A stretch of DNA of 64,000 bases from Clostridium sp. (GTDB lineage Bacteria > Bacillota > Clostridia > Lachnospirales > Lachnospiraceae): assembly GCA_023663615.1 (NCBI GenBank), contig JAMPHA010000001.1, positions 153,928 through 217,927 on the forward strand, read 5' to 3'. Both the position numbers and the translations under genes were made by a program. Below, in pieces: positions 1-8,429 of the stretch (positions are counted from its first letter, which is position 1; each line of letters begins with the position of its first letter). The notes under the pieces are model-generated. The model saw only the letters and a program-made list of their open reading frames with translations. It was not told the origin of the DNA and made no database searches.

Positions 1-828
1 CAGAATGAGAAGTGTGTCGGCGTCTTCATGACAGTATCCTTCCACGGATTCATAGGAGCGCCCCGAACGCGCGGCATATTCGGAAAACAGCGCAGGCAGG
101 GCGGCCGCTGCATCGTTCATGGCAAGATGAAGCTCATAGCGGTTGCGGATCAGATCGGGCTCATTCATGTAAGACCCGACCGTTATAGGGTGTTCGAGGT
201 CAAAAAAAGGATACGGATCAACGCGCCTGCCGATATAGTCCCGCACGGCGGCATCGTCCGCAAAACGACTGCACCGCCGTTTCTGATGACTGGTAAAAAA
301 TCCGTCGAAGGCAACGACGGCGGGAAGGCGCACCTGCTCCGCCAGCTTGAGTGCCATGAGATTGAAATCATAGACCTCCTGTGCGCTGTGGGCGAAAAAA
401 AGAATCCACCCGGCGTTCAGCATATACATGATGTCGCTGTGGTCCCCCTTGATGGACAAGGGCCCGGAGACCGTGCGGCATGCCACGTTCATGACCATCG
501 GATAGCGTGTGCCGGACTGCACGGGAAGCTGTTCTAACGCATAGAGGAGACCGTTTGCGCTTGTCGCATTGAACACGCGCCCGCCGCCGACGGATGCGCC
601 GTAGCAGATACCGGCGGCGCTGTGCTCGCCTTCCGCCGCGATCATGATGAGGTCGGTCTGCCCCTGCGCGCGCATCAGATCGAGATTTTCTGCGATCTGT
701 GTGGACGGCGTGATGGGATAGTAGCCCATCAGATCATAGCCGATCTGACGCGCGGCGATTGCCGCCATTTCATTGCCGCTTGCATATTCGATTGTCTGCT
801 TTGCGGCTGTCGTGTTTGTTTCTGTCAT
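1..828 (-). CDS. 2-oxoacid:ferredoxin oxidoreductase alpha subunit (PorA/KorA-like), N-terminal part; continues beyond window start
   Basis: Hand translation of the reverse strand from the ATG at 828-826 gives MTETNTTAAKQTIEYASGNEMAAIAARQIGYDLMGYYPITPSTQIAENLDLMRAQG..., the GNE..A...G....YPITPS opening typical of alpha subunits. A purine-rich RBS lies just upstream (reverse complement of 831-840). The frame stays open to position 1. It lies directly downstream of the gamma-delta gene. It is missing from the ORF track because it is truncated by the window edge. Confidence 0.8.
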   Translation of the reverse strand, partial: MTETNTTAAKQTIEYASGNEMAAIAARQIGYDLMGYYPITPSTQIAENLDLMRAQGQTDLIMIAAEGEHSAAGICYGASVGGGRVFNATSANGLLYALEQLPVQSGTRYPMVMNVACRTVSGPLSIKGDHSDIMYMLNAGWILFFAHSAQEVYDFNLMALKLAEQVRLPAVVAFDGFFTSHQKRRCSRFADDAAVRDYIGRRVDPYPFFDLEHPITVGSYMNEPDLIRNRYELHLAMNDAAAALPALFSEYAARSGRSYESVEGYCHEDADTLLIL

Positions 829-851
829 ATTTCCTCTCACCTTATTGTTTT

Positions 852-2078
852 TTATAGGGTGTGCCCATTTTCATTTTCCGTGGATGAACCGGATGCCAGC
901 CGCTGTTCGGTCAGGTAGGATTCCGAGGTGATATAGCCGTCCGCTCCTGTTTTTTCGTAATAGTCGGGGGTGCGGAGCAATTCCTGATTCGGCAGGAACC
1001 ATTCCTTATGCGGGTGCTCCGTTTCGAGTCCTTTTACGAGCGCCTGCGTCGGGCAGACCGCGACGCAGCGCAGACAGCCCTTGCAGTGATAATAGTCAAG
1101 ACCGCGGTTTACCATCATCTCTCTGCCGCGGTAGGTTCCTTTTTCAAACTGGAATACCATATCGGGGCAGGTAGAGTCGCAGAGTCCGCAGTTAATACAA
1201 CGCTCCTTGATAAAAAGAGGGAGATAGCCCTGTCTTGACGGGGAAAGATCGTTGGTGACGCTGTTGCCGAAGTGTGGGTTTAAGCCGCCGATCGGCATGG
1301 CGCGGGAAGCGGCACTGCCTGCGTCGTCTGTGTCCGCCGCAGCATGACTGCTGCCGGGGCAGCTGTCAGTGCTGCCTGCTAGCTGTCTGTCGTCGGAGCA
1401 GCGCTTTGCACTGCCGGCCGCAGCCGCTTCATCCTGCGCGGGGCTTGCCGTCGGAACGGGAGAATATCGTGAGACCGTCTCATACCCCTTACGCAGTCCG
1501 GCAAGATTGGCGGCAAGCGCATCGGGATATTTTTGACCGAGCGTTTCAAGGCAGATTTTTTCTGCCGCTTCAAGCGGCACAAATCCCATCACGCTTGCCA
1601 TTGCGCCAAGCAGTACGACATTGACGCGCGAACGGGTTTCTATGGCGATTTTCTGGGCGGGAACCGTGTAAAGCGCATGGAAGTCTGTGTGCGCAAGAAG
1701 GGAACGCAGCCTGTCCGCGCGCACCGCGGCGTCCGCGGTATGGAGAACGATCACCGTATCTTTCGTGCAGCCGTGCAGAACATGAGCGTCTGACAGCAGC
1801 GCCTCGTGAAAAATACAGAGCAGGTGCGGGTGGATAATGGGAGAATGAATGCGGATTTCCTTGTTGCAATCGCAATACCGGATATATGCAGTGACAGGCG
1901 TTCCTGTTTTTTCAGAGCCATAGCTGGAAAAACTTGCGCTGTTCACATGCAGATGACGCAGACCAAGCTCGCCGAGCATTTTGCCGCAGAGATTGGCTCC
2001 GAGTCCGCCAATGCTCTCTAATCGAATTTCATAATAGCCAGTGTCATTGGTCACAGGCAGCTTTTTCGCGTATGTCAT
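852..2078 (-). CDS. 2-oxoacid:ferredoxin oxidoreductase gamma subunit fused to delta (2x[4Fe-4S] ferredoxin) subunit
   Basis: 408-aa ORF. The N-terminal YEIRLESIGGLGANLCGKML...SYGSEKTG is gamma-like. The C-terminal CINCGLCDSTCP ... CKGCLRCVAVCP gives two CxxCxxCxxxCP clusters (delta-like). The two parts are joined by a low-complexity Ala/Ser/Asp linker. Confidence 0.85.
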   Translation of the reverse strand: MTYAKKLPVTNDTGYYEIRLESIGGLGANLCGKMLGELGLRHLHVNSASFSSYGSEKTGTPVTAYIRYCDCNKEIRIHSPIIHPHLLCIFHEALLSDAHVLHGCTKDTVIVLHTADAAVRADRLRSLLAHTDFHALYTVPAQKIAIETRSRVNVVLLGAMASVMGFVPLEAAEKICLETLGQKYPDALAANLAGLRKGYETVSRYSPVPTASPAQDEAAAAGSAKRCSDDRQLAGSTDSCPGSSHAAADTDDAGSAASRAMPIGGLNPHFGNSVTNDLSPSRQGYLPLFIKERCINCGLCDSTCPDMVFQFEKGTYRGREMMVNRGLDYYHCKGCLRCVAVCPTQALVKGLETEHPHKEWFLPNQELLRTPDYYEKTGADGYITSESYLTEQRLASGSSTENENGHTL

Positions 2079-2432
2079 AAAAAAGTATGATTCCTTTCCG
2101 AGCCATCGAACGCAGCGTCCTCCTCGTGGAGAAACGCTGATTTTATCAGTACTTTTTTAGTATGGACGTGCTTCTGAAATTTATGCGGACAGCATATCTG
2201 TAATTGCACAAAAGAATAAAAGGGCAGAACCGAAGGCGTATCTAAGGCGTATGAGCAGGGAAAAGCGAACTATTGAAAAAATGACGAATCCATTGTACGA
2301 TAGAATGAGCGAAAGTGAGAAGAATGAGCCTGCTCATTCGGCGAACGGCGAATGCTGATCCTGTCATGAATGGAAGATCCGTGACAGGATCGGCGCAAAA
2401 AGAAAAACAAGGCGGGAAAAGAGGGAAAAACA

Positions 2433-2741
2433 ATGACGGAAGAAATGTCAGGCAGCGAAATGTCAAGCGATAAAGAACTGAAAAACAACCAAATATCAGA
2501 AAGCGAAGCGCCAAGCGATGACGTTTCCCAAGAAGATCTGGACGCAGTATTGGAAATGCTGGAAAATTTTGGGAAATCCGGGGAGAGCCGTTTTAAGGTC
2601 GTCATGTCGGATCAGATAGAGCAGGGGAAAAGTGAAAAGCAGTATCACCTCGGAAGATGCGACGTCGGCAGTCCGTGGGCGAAAGGACAGGCGTTCGACG
2701 TGCTTCCGGACGAGGCGCAGAAAGGAAATACCTGCGGATAA
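2433..2741 (+). CDS. hypothetical small acidic protein (102 aa)
   Basis: ORF preceded by a GAGGGAAAAACA RBS-like tract. The N-terminus is acidic and Ser-rich. No family recognised. Confidence 0.35.
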   Translation: MTEEMSGSEMSSDKELKNNQISESEAPSDDVSQEDLDAVLEMLENFGKSGESRFKVVMSDQIEQGKSEKQYHLGRCDVGSPWAKGQAFDVLPDEAQKGNTCG

Positions 2742-2789
2742 AAACCGTGTGCTGTACGCTTTCAAGGATTGCCGGCGTGGATAAGGTTA

Positions 2790-4502
2790 TTATCCATGCG
2801 CGGCTTTCCATTTGAGTTTATTTTCATACATGCGGTCGTCGGCGAGCTGGTATGCTTTTTCAATAGAAGGTTCTTCTGCGCTGCAGGAAGCGTAACCGTA
2901 TGCAATGGACAGGTTTAAGTCCGCATTTTTTTTGTTGGTCTTGTCGAGATTGGCCTGAAAGTCCTTTAGCAGCGAAGCGATCTGACGCTCGTCCGCGGTT
3001 TCCGTGACGGCGATGAATTCGTCTCCGCCCATTCTTGCGACGATCCCGTGCGCTTCAAAGGTTTCCGCAATCACATTGGCGGCACTCTGAATGAGAATAT
3101 CTCCTTTTGCGTGTCCGTAGGTATCGTTTGTGATTTTGAGATTATTCAGATCAAAGCAAAAGACGGTGCGATCCGGCGTCTTGGAGTCCTTGATCTTATT
3201 CATATATTCCATACAATAACGGCGGTTATGGATCTGCGTCAGTTCATCGGTGTAAGCGCGCTTGATCAGAAAATTCCGCTCTGTCTCATGCATCATTTTC
3301 TTTGACAGATCGATGTAGAACGAAATCAGCAGAATAAATATAAAGACGATCAGTCCGAAAGAGGTAATGCCTTTGATCGGCGCGATCGTCATGCCATAGT
3401 AACGCGTCAGGTGGTAGTATGCCAGATCATAGGCGATACAGCAGGAGAGCGCGATGATGCCAAGTAGAAAAAGCCTGTGGACAAGCTGGCGGCTTGTTCG
3501 TAAATTCAGCAGTTCCACGATGATAAAATAGACCAGATGGCAGACGATCAGTATCTGCATATATTTGAGGGTCGCGGCGCAGTGGACAATGTCGGCGCCG
3601 TGCAGACCGATCGTGACCGCGGAGGCGGCAATCTGCACTGTCAGAAGTACATGATAAAGGATCCGCATAAACTTGTTGTTCAAGGTGATGACATCCTCCC
3701 GCATATAGAGGACAAGCGGAATCGGCGCAAGGTAGAGAGTCATGTATTCGATCAGGCTTGCCGAGTAAAGCGGGATGGAAAAAATAATGAAGATATTATA
3801 ATAGCAAAGCGTCCACAGCCCCATGCAGATGGAGAATGCGGAGATACAAAGGATCCGCAGGTATTTTCTGGAAAAAACGAGTGCAAAAACGGTGATACAA
3901 CAGGTAACGACTCCGAAAATCGCGAGAAAGCATCCTAAGAACAGGGGAATCCGATTCTCCGTCATGATGATCCTGTAGATGTTCTGCCATTCATAGATGT
4001 TAATGGAGTCGATCTTTGTAAAGGCGTTGTTTTCGACTACGGTGAGACGGATGGTAAGTGTCTTCGCCTGATATTCATTGGGGAAGTTGATCAGCTGGAA
4101 TCCGCTGCCGACGGATTTCTTTTCCGCGATCCGGTCATGACCGTATTCGTAGATCGGTTCGCCGTCGATATAGATCCTGACGGCGGATTGTTTGACGGGC
4201 AGGCGCAATACGCCTTCCGCAAGCTGAAAATCGTCCGGCAGCGTTCTCTGCAGGGTGATCTCATCGCCTTTATCGGCGCTGCCAAAGCGGAAGCCGTCAA
4301 GAGAAACATTTTGGTAGGAGTCATGATTGATCGTGATGTCCCATCCGTCATTCAGCGATACATGCTGTGAGATGGAAGCGTAATCCTTGACAAATAACCG
4401 GTTGACCAAAAATAAGGTGACACAGATGCTCAAAAGGGCGTATAATACCCATAGGATTTTCAGGCTTGTCTTCATGAAAGTGGGGGTAGAAAGCTTTTTC
4501 AT
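2790..4502 (-). CDS. membrane diguanylate cyclase (extracellular 7TMR-DISMED2-like domain, 7 TM, GGDEF)
   Basis: The C-terminus has ...TDELTQIHNRRY...DLNNLKITNDTYGHAKGD...ARMGGDEFIAV, an intact GGDEF active site. Seven hydrophobic helices sit in the middle and an N-terminal beta-rich sensor follows one TM. The ORF track starts at 4577, but MKKLSTPTF at 4502 has an AAGGA RBS and is the likelier start. Confidence 0.85.
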   Translation of the reverse strand: MKKLSTPTFMKTSLKILWVLYALLSICVTLFLVNRLFVKDYASISQHVSLNDGWDITINHDSYQNVSLDGFRFGSADKGDEITLQRTLPDDFQLAEGVLRLPVKQSAVRIYIDGEPIYEYGHDRIAEKKSVGSGFQLINFPNEYQAKTLTIRLTVVENNAFTKIDSINIYEWQNIYRIIMTENRIPLFLGCFLAIFGVVTCCITVFALVFSRKYLRILCISAFSICMGLWTLCYYNIFIIFSIPLYSASLIEYMTLYLAPIPLVLYMREDVITLNNKFMRILYHVLLTVQIAASAVTIGLHGADIVHCAATLKYMQILIVCHLVYFIIVELLNLRTSRQLVHRLFLLGIIALSCCIAYDLAYYHLTRYYGMTIAPIKGITSFGLIVFIFILLISFYIDLSKKMMHETERNFLIKRAYTDELTQIHNRRYCMEYMNKIKDSKTPDRTVFCFDLNNLKITNDTYGHAKGDILIQSAANVIAETFEAHGIVARMGGDEFIAVTETADERQIASLLKDFQANLDKTNKKNADLNLSIAYGYASCSAEEPSIEKAYQLADDRMYENKLKWKAAHG

Positions 4503-4608
4503 TGCAGAAATTCCTTTTGTATCGATCAGATTGACAGCTATCGCCCTTATTATAGTAGAAAAGTCACAGAAAATCAATCAGATCATGGAGAAAGGCAGGG
4601 CTATTAAA

Positions 4609-5229
4609 ATGAGGGCTATTAAAATGAATAGTCAGGAGATGAACAAAGAAACCGGCAATGAAAAAAAGAAGAATCCCGTATTTCAGATCACGCTGGCGGC
4701 AATGTTTTTGGCGATCGGCATCGTACTTCCGTTTCTGACCGGGCAGATCAAGCAGATCGGCAGTATGCTGCTGCCGATGCACATTCCTGTTCTGCTGTGC
4801 GGTCTGATCTGCGGCTGGCAGTACGGACTGGCAGTCGGTTTTATTCTGCCGCTTTTCAGGAGCGTACTGTTTTCCATGCCGGTACTGTTTCCGACAGCCA
4901 TTGCCATGGCGTTTGAGCTTGCGACGTACGGGGCGGCAGTCGGACTGCTGTATTTCCGCTCCCGTTGGAAGTGCGTGATCGCCCTGTATCGCAGTCTGAT
5001 CGCCGCCATGCTTGCGGGGCGTGTGGTCTGGGGGATTGTGCAGATGCTGCTGCTTGGCATCAAAGGGAACCGGTTTACCTGGCAGATGTTTTTTGCGGGC
5101 GCGTTTCTCAACGCCATTCCGGGAATCGTGTTGCAGCTGATCTTTATTCCGGCGGTCATGGTTGCCCTGAACCGCGCGGGGCTTGTGCGGTTTACAAGGA
5201 AGCGTGCGCCGATTGGGAAAGCGGAGTAA
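4609..5229 (+). CDS. ECF transporter S (substrate-capture) component, substrate unknown
   Basis: Polytopic membrane protein with LPFLTGQIKQIGSMLLPMHIPVLLCGL...GFILPLFRS, typical of ECF_trnsprt-family S components. The upstream part of the tracked ORF (4387-4608) overlaps the divergent GGDEF gene. The ATGs at 4609 and 4624 each have a GGG-rich RBS because of a 15-nt duplication. Confidence 0.7.
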   Translation: MRAIKMNSQEMNKETGNEKKKNPVFQITLAAMFLAIGIVLPFLTGQIKQIGSMLLPMHIPVLLCGLICGWQYGLAVGFILPLFRSVLFSMPVLFPTAIAMAFELATYGAAVGLLYFRSRWKCVIALYRSLIAAMLAGRVVWGIVQMLLLGIKGNRFTWQMFFAGAFLNAIPGIVLQLIFIPAVMVALNRAGLVRFTRKRAPIGKAE

Positions 5230-5235
5230 TGAAGA

Positions 5236-7017
5236 ATGAAGATATTAAAAAAGATCTTATATGTTATATTGGGATTCGTCGTGCTGTTATGTGCATTCGT
5301 GCTGCTATGCGCGGTGAAACCGGACATTACCAAACAGATCGCCGGATGGGTGCATCCGGACGGGGGCGCAGGCGGGATGAAGGTTTCCGTTACGGCGGAT
5401 GACGGAAGTATGCAGCCGGGACTCGCGGCAGGGCTTTTTGGCGGAAGCGCGGGAGGCGGACAAACCGCAGGACTTGGCGGAAGCGCAGGGTACGGACAGG
5501 GTGCAGGATCGGACGCAGGCGCAGGGCACGGGCAAGGCGCGGGAAGCGGACAGGGCGCAGGATCGGACGCAGGCGCGGGAAGCGGACAGGGCGCAGGATC
5601 GGACGCAGGCGCGGGAAGCGGACAAGGCGCAGGGTACGGACAGGACGCAGGAAACGGCGAAAATGCGGGGTACGGACAAGGCGCAGGATCCGGCGAAAAC
5701 GCGGACGGCGGGCAGGAACAAGGCGCGCCGCAGAGCGGAAGCGGTATGCTGGCGGTGGATTCCGGTTCGGGTTATACGCCGCCGGAACCATCCGATCTGG
5801 CGATCCCGGAGCGGGTGTCCGGCAGAAACGGCTATGAACCCGTCAAAGCGCAGGAAGAACAGCTTGACGACGAGATCGCAGGACAGATCAGGGACAGCCT
5901 CGGAACGGGAGAAACGGGGGACGGGCTTTCCTTTGACGCTCTTTATTATCCGTATTATGCGATGCTGGATGAAAAGGGGCAGCATCTATACCGTCAGATC
6001 TATGCCAATGCGGGAAGCTGTAACCGGGCGTTTGCACCGGTGGAGGAGGTATCTGCGGGGCAGCTTTCCAATGTGTTTTCGGCGGTTTACAACGATCACC
6101 CGGAGCTTTTCTGGCTCAATACGGCATACTCGTGCAAATATGTGCGTGGCGGGGTCTGCGTGGAGATCGATTTAGAGTTTAACCGGACGGCGCAGAATGT
6201 AGAGAGCGCCATGATGCAGTTTACCGGAGAGGCGGAGCGCATTTTGTCCGCGGCGGAGGCGCTTGGCAGTGATTACGAAAAGGAGCGGTATGTGCATGAC
6301 GCGCTCGTGGAAAAAGCGTCCTATGATCTGAGAGCCGAAATGAATCAGAGCGCTTACAGCGCATTGGTAAACGGCAGGACGGTGTGCGCGGGCTATGCAA
6401 GAGCCTACCAGTATCTGATGCAGCGTCTGGGGATTCCCTGCTACTATTGCACCGGCTATGCGGGGGAAGCGCATGCGTGGAATATTGTGATGCTCGGAAA
6501 CGAGTATTACAATGTGGACGTCACGTGGGACGATACGGACGGGGGAAATTATGATTATTTTAACCGGACGGACCGCGATTTCGCCGATACGCATATCCGG
6601 CAGGAGCTGTCGGTTTATCTCCCGCCGTGTAACGGACAGACCTACCGCGGTTTGGAGGAACGTGAGACGGACGGGGCGCAGGATGGCGCGTCGGGGCAGC
6701 GGGAACCTGCACTCAGAAGTCTGGAGGAGGCGGGATTTGACGAATCGGACGTTCTGCACAGCCTGTCGGAATATTACGACCGCTGCTACGACCGGATCGT
6801 GGCGTTGGGGCTCGGTTATCATGAGTTTCAGATCGTCATAGAGGGGGAAACGCTCATGGATCAATTGCATGACGTCTATGCGGGGGATGACTATAGAGGA
6901 GGCTATCTGGACCGTGCGATGGATGCGATCGGCGCGTCTGCCTGCACCATGTATTTTGAGGTGGAGACGCTCTCACAGGACCGTTATCTGATCAAACATA
7001 AAATGAGATGTTCTTAG
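5236..7017 (+). CDS. membrane-anchored transglutaminase-like cysteine peptidase-fold protein with Gly/Ser/Gln-rich repeat region
   Basis: N-terminal TM helix (ILYVILGFVVLLCAFVLLCAV), then GAGSDAGAGSGQ repeats, then a C-terminal GRTVCAGYARAYQYLMQRLGIP...EAHAWNIVMLGNEYYNVDVTWDD matching the Cys-His-Asp transglutaminase core. Confidence 0.75.
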   Translation: MKILKKILYVILGFVVLLCAFVLLCAVKPDITKQIAGWVHPDGGAGGMKVSVTADDGSMQPGLAAGLFGGSAGGGQTAGLGGSAGYGQGAGSDAGAGHGQGAGSGQGAGSDAGAGSGQGAGSDAGAGSGQGAGYGQDAGNGENAGYGQGAGSGENADGGQEQGAPQSGSGMLAVDSGSGYTPPEPSDLAIPERVSGRNGYEPVKAQEEQLDDEIAGQIRDSLGTGETGDGLSFDALYYPYYAMLDEKGQHLYRQIYANAGSCNRAFAPVEEVSAGQLSNVFSAVYNDHPELFWLNTAYSCKYVRGGVCVEIDLEFNRTAQNVESAMMQFTGEAERILSAAEALGSDYEKERYVHDALVEKASYDLRAEMNQSAYSALVNGRTVCAGYARAYQYLMQRLGIPCYYCTGYAGEAHAWNIVMLGNEYYNVDVTWDDTDGGNYDYFNRTDRDFADTHIRQELSVYLPPCNGQTYRGLEERETDGAQDGASGQREPALRSLEEAGFDESDVLHSLSEYYDRCYDRIVALGLGYHEFQIVIEGETLMDQLHDVYAGDDYRGGYLDRAMDAIGASACTMYFEVETLSQDRYLIKHKMRCS

Positions 7018-7036
7018 ACGGAACAGAACATACCGG

Positions 7037-7070
7037 CCTGCGCAATAAACGAAATTGCGCAGGCTTTTTT
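7037..7070 (+). terminator. rho-independent terminator after the transglutaminase-like gene
   Basis: 10-bp stem CCTGCGCAAT (7037-7046) pairs with ATTGCGCAGG (7054-7063), with a 7-nt loop, followed by CTTTTTT. Confidence 0.6.
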
Positions 7071-7346
7071 ATGCAAAAATTGTCATATCTGTCAAATCGT
7101 CTGGAAAAATTTGATAAACCATGTCTAATTGTTGATAAAATCCCTGTTTGTTATAATGAAAATATGAAAAAAGCAGCGATTTTCCGAACGAAAATCGGGT
7201 AAACGGATGCGCAAATAAGCACGCAAAAAGCACAGGATGCGCAATTGCGCAAAAACGTTTGAGGAACAGCCTTCCGCAGCGTTTGAATGAGCAGCCAGCT
7301 ATGGATTGCGTTTCGCAAACGCCTGCGATCATTTCTATGAGGAGGT

Positions 7347-8429
7347 ATGGATATGGCGGAAAAGAAAGAAGTCCCTGTTCTTGAGATCGCCCGCAGTCTG
7401 GGCGTATCCCCGACGACGGTTTCAAGGGCGCTTTCGGGAAACGGAAGAGTCAGCCGGGAAACCAGGGACAGAATTCTTACCTATATTGAAGCAAATCAGA
7501 TCCTGCCGCACAGCCGCGGAACAAATTACAGCAGCAAGAAGAGTATGAATATTGCAGTGGTCCTCCCCAAAGAGGAGGAATACGCGCAGCTTCCGTATTT
7601 TACGAACATCCTGCTGGCGCTCTATGATTTTTTCTGCGTATACGGATACCATGTGCTGATCGTCAGGACGAAGGACGGCAGTATTGAGACGCTCAAAGAC
7701 GTTGTAAAAAAACATAAAATCGACGGGGCGGTCTTAACGAGAATCTTAGACAGCTGCGAGGACATTCAGTTTTTGAAGAAAGCGGGAGTTCCCTTTGTAG
7801 TGACGGGATCCATGGATGACGAGGAAGTGTATCAGGCGGATGTGAACCAGAGGGGCGGGTGCCGGGAACTGACGGATATTCTCTTAAAAAAAGGAATCCG
7901 GAAGATGGCGCTGTTTTCCGCGGGGTTACGGCAGACGGTCGCGCGGGACCGCTTAAACGGCTATCTGGACGCGCTTCGGGAAAACGACCTTCCGATCGAA
8001 TACAATCTGATCGTGAAAGATACGCCGGATATTAACGTGCTGGAAAAGGCTGTTCGGGACATTTTGAAAGAGCAGGTGGAATGCGTGATCTGCGGGGATG
8101 ACGGAACGTGCCTGACCGTTTTGGATTATTTCAGGCAGCTGGGGATTATGGTGCCGCGGGACATCCGGGTGGCGTCTTTTTTTAACAGCGCCCTTTTGGA
8201 AGAGGCAAATTCGTACATCACCAGCATTGAGTTTGACATCCGCAAGCTGGGGAATACGGCGGGAGAGATGTTGATCCGGCTTTTGAACGGGGAACCCTGC
8301 GAAAAAAAGAAGCTGCTTGGCTACAAGATCCTGATCAAAGAGTCAACAAAAGTGGAAAAGCCTGCCCGCCATGGGACGTCTGGCAATGACCGCTGGGAAC
8401 ACAGGAACGGCGGAGCAGAACAGGAATGA
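7347..8429 (+). CDS. LacI-family transcriptional regulator
   Basis: N-terminal HTH VLEIARSLGVSPTTVSRALSGNGRVSRETRDRIL plus a periplasmic-binding-protein-like sugar-binding body. It heads the galactan locus. Confidence 0.85.
   Translation: MDMAEKKEVPVLEIARSLGVSPTTVSRALSGNGRVSRETRDRILTYIEANQILPHSRGTNYSSKKSMNIAVVLPKEEEYAQLPYFTNILLALYDFFCVYGYHVLIVRTKDGSIETLKDVVKKHKIDGAVLTRILDSCEDIQFLKKAGVPFVVTGSMDDEEVYQADVNQRGGCRELTDILLKKGIRKMALFSAGLRQTVARDRLNGYLDALRENDLPIEYNLIVKDTPDINVLEKAVRDILKEQVECVICGDDGTCLTVLDYFRQLGIMVPRDIRVASFFNSALLEEANSYITSIEFDIRKLGNTAGEMLIRLLNGEPCEKKKLLGYKILIKESTKVEKPARHGTSGNDRWEHRNGGAEQE

Noticed and set aside
28-918. Plus-strand ORFs 28-537 (169 aa) and 622-918 (98 aa)
   Set aside because: They lie antisense to a well-supported PorA-like reading frame (828 down to 1). 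They have no RBS and an Arg/Gly/His-rich shadow composition typical of antisense frames in GC-rich genes.
5305-6175. ORFs 5305-5985 (-), 5390-5791 (-) and 5399-6175 (+) overlapping the transglutaminase-like gene
   Set aside because: These are open frames created by the GC-rich 36-nt repeats. The products are Arg/Pro/Ala low-complexity. The frame starting at 5236 has a TM anchor and a recognisable catalytic domain.
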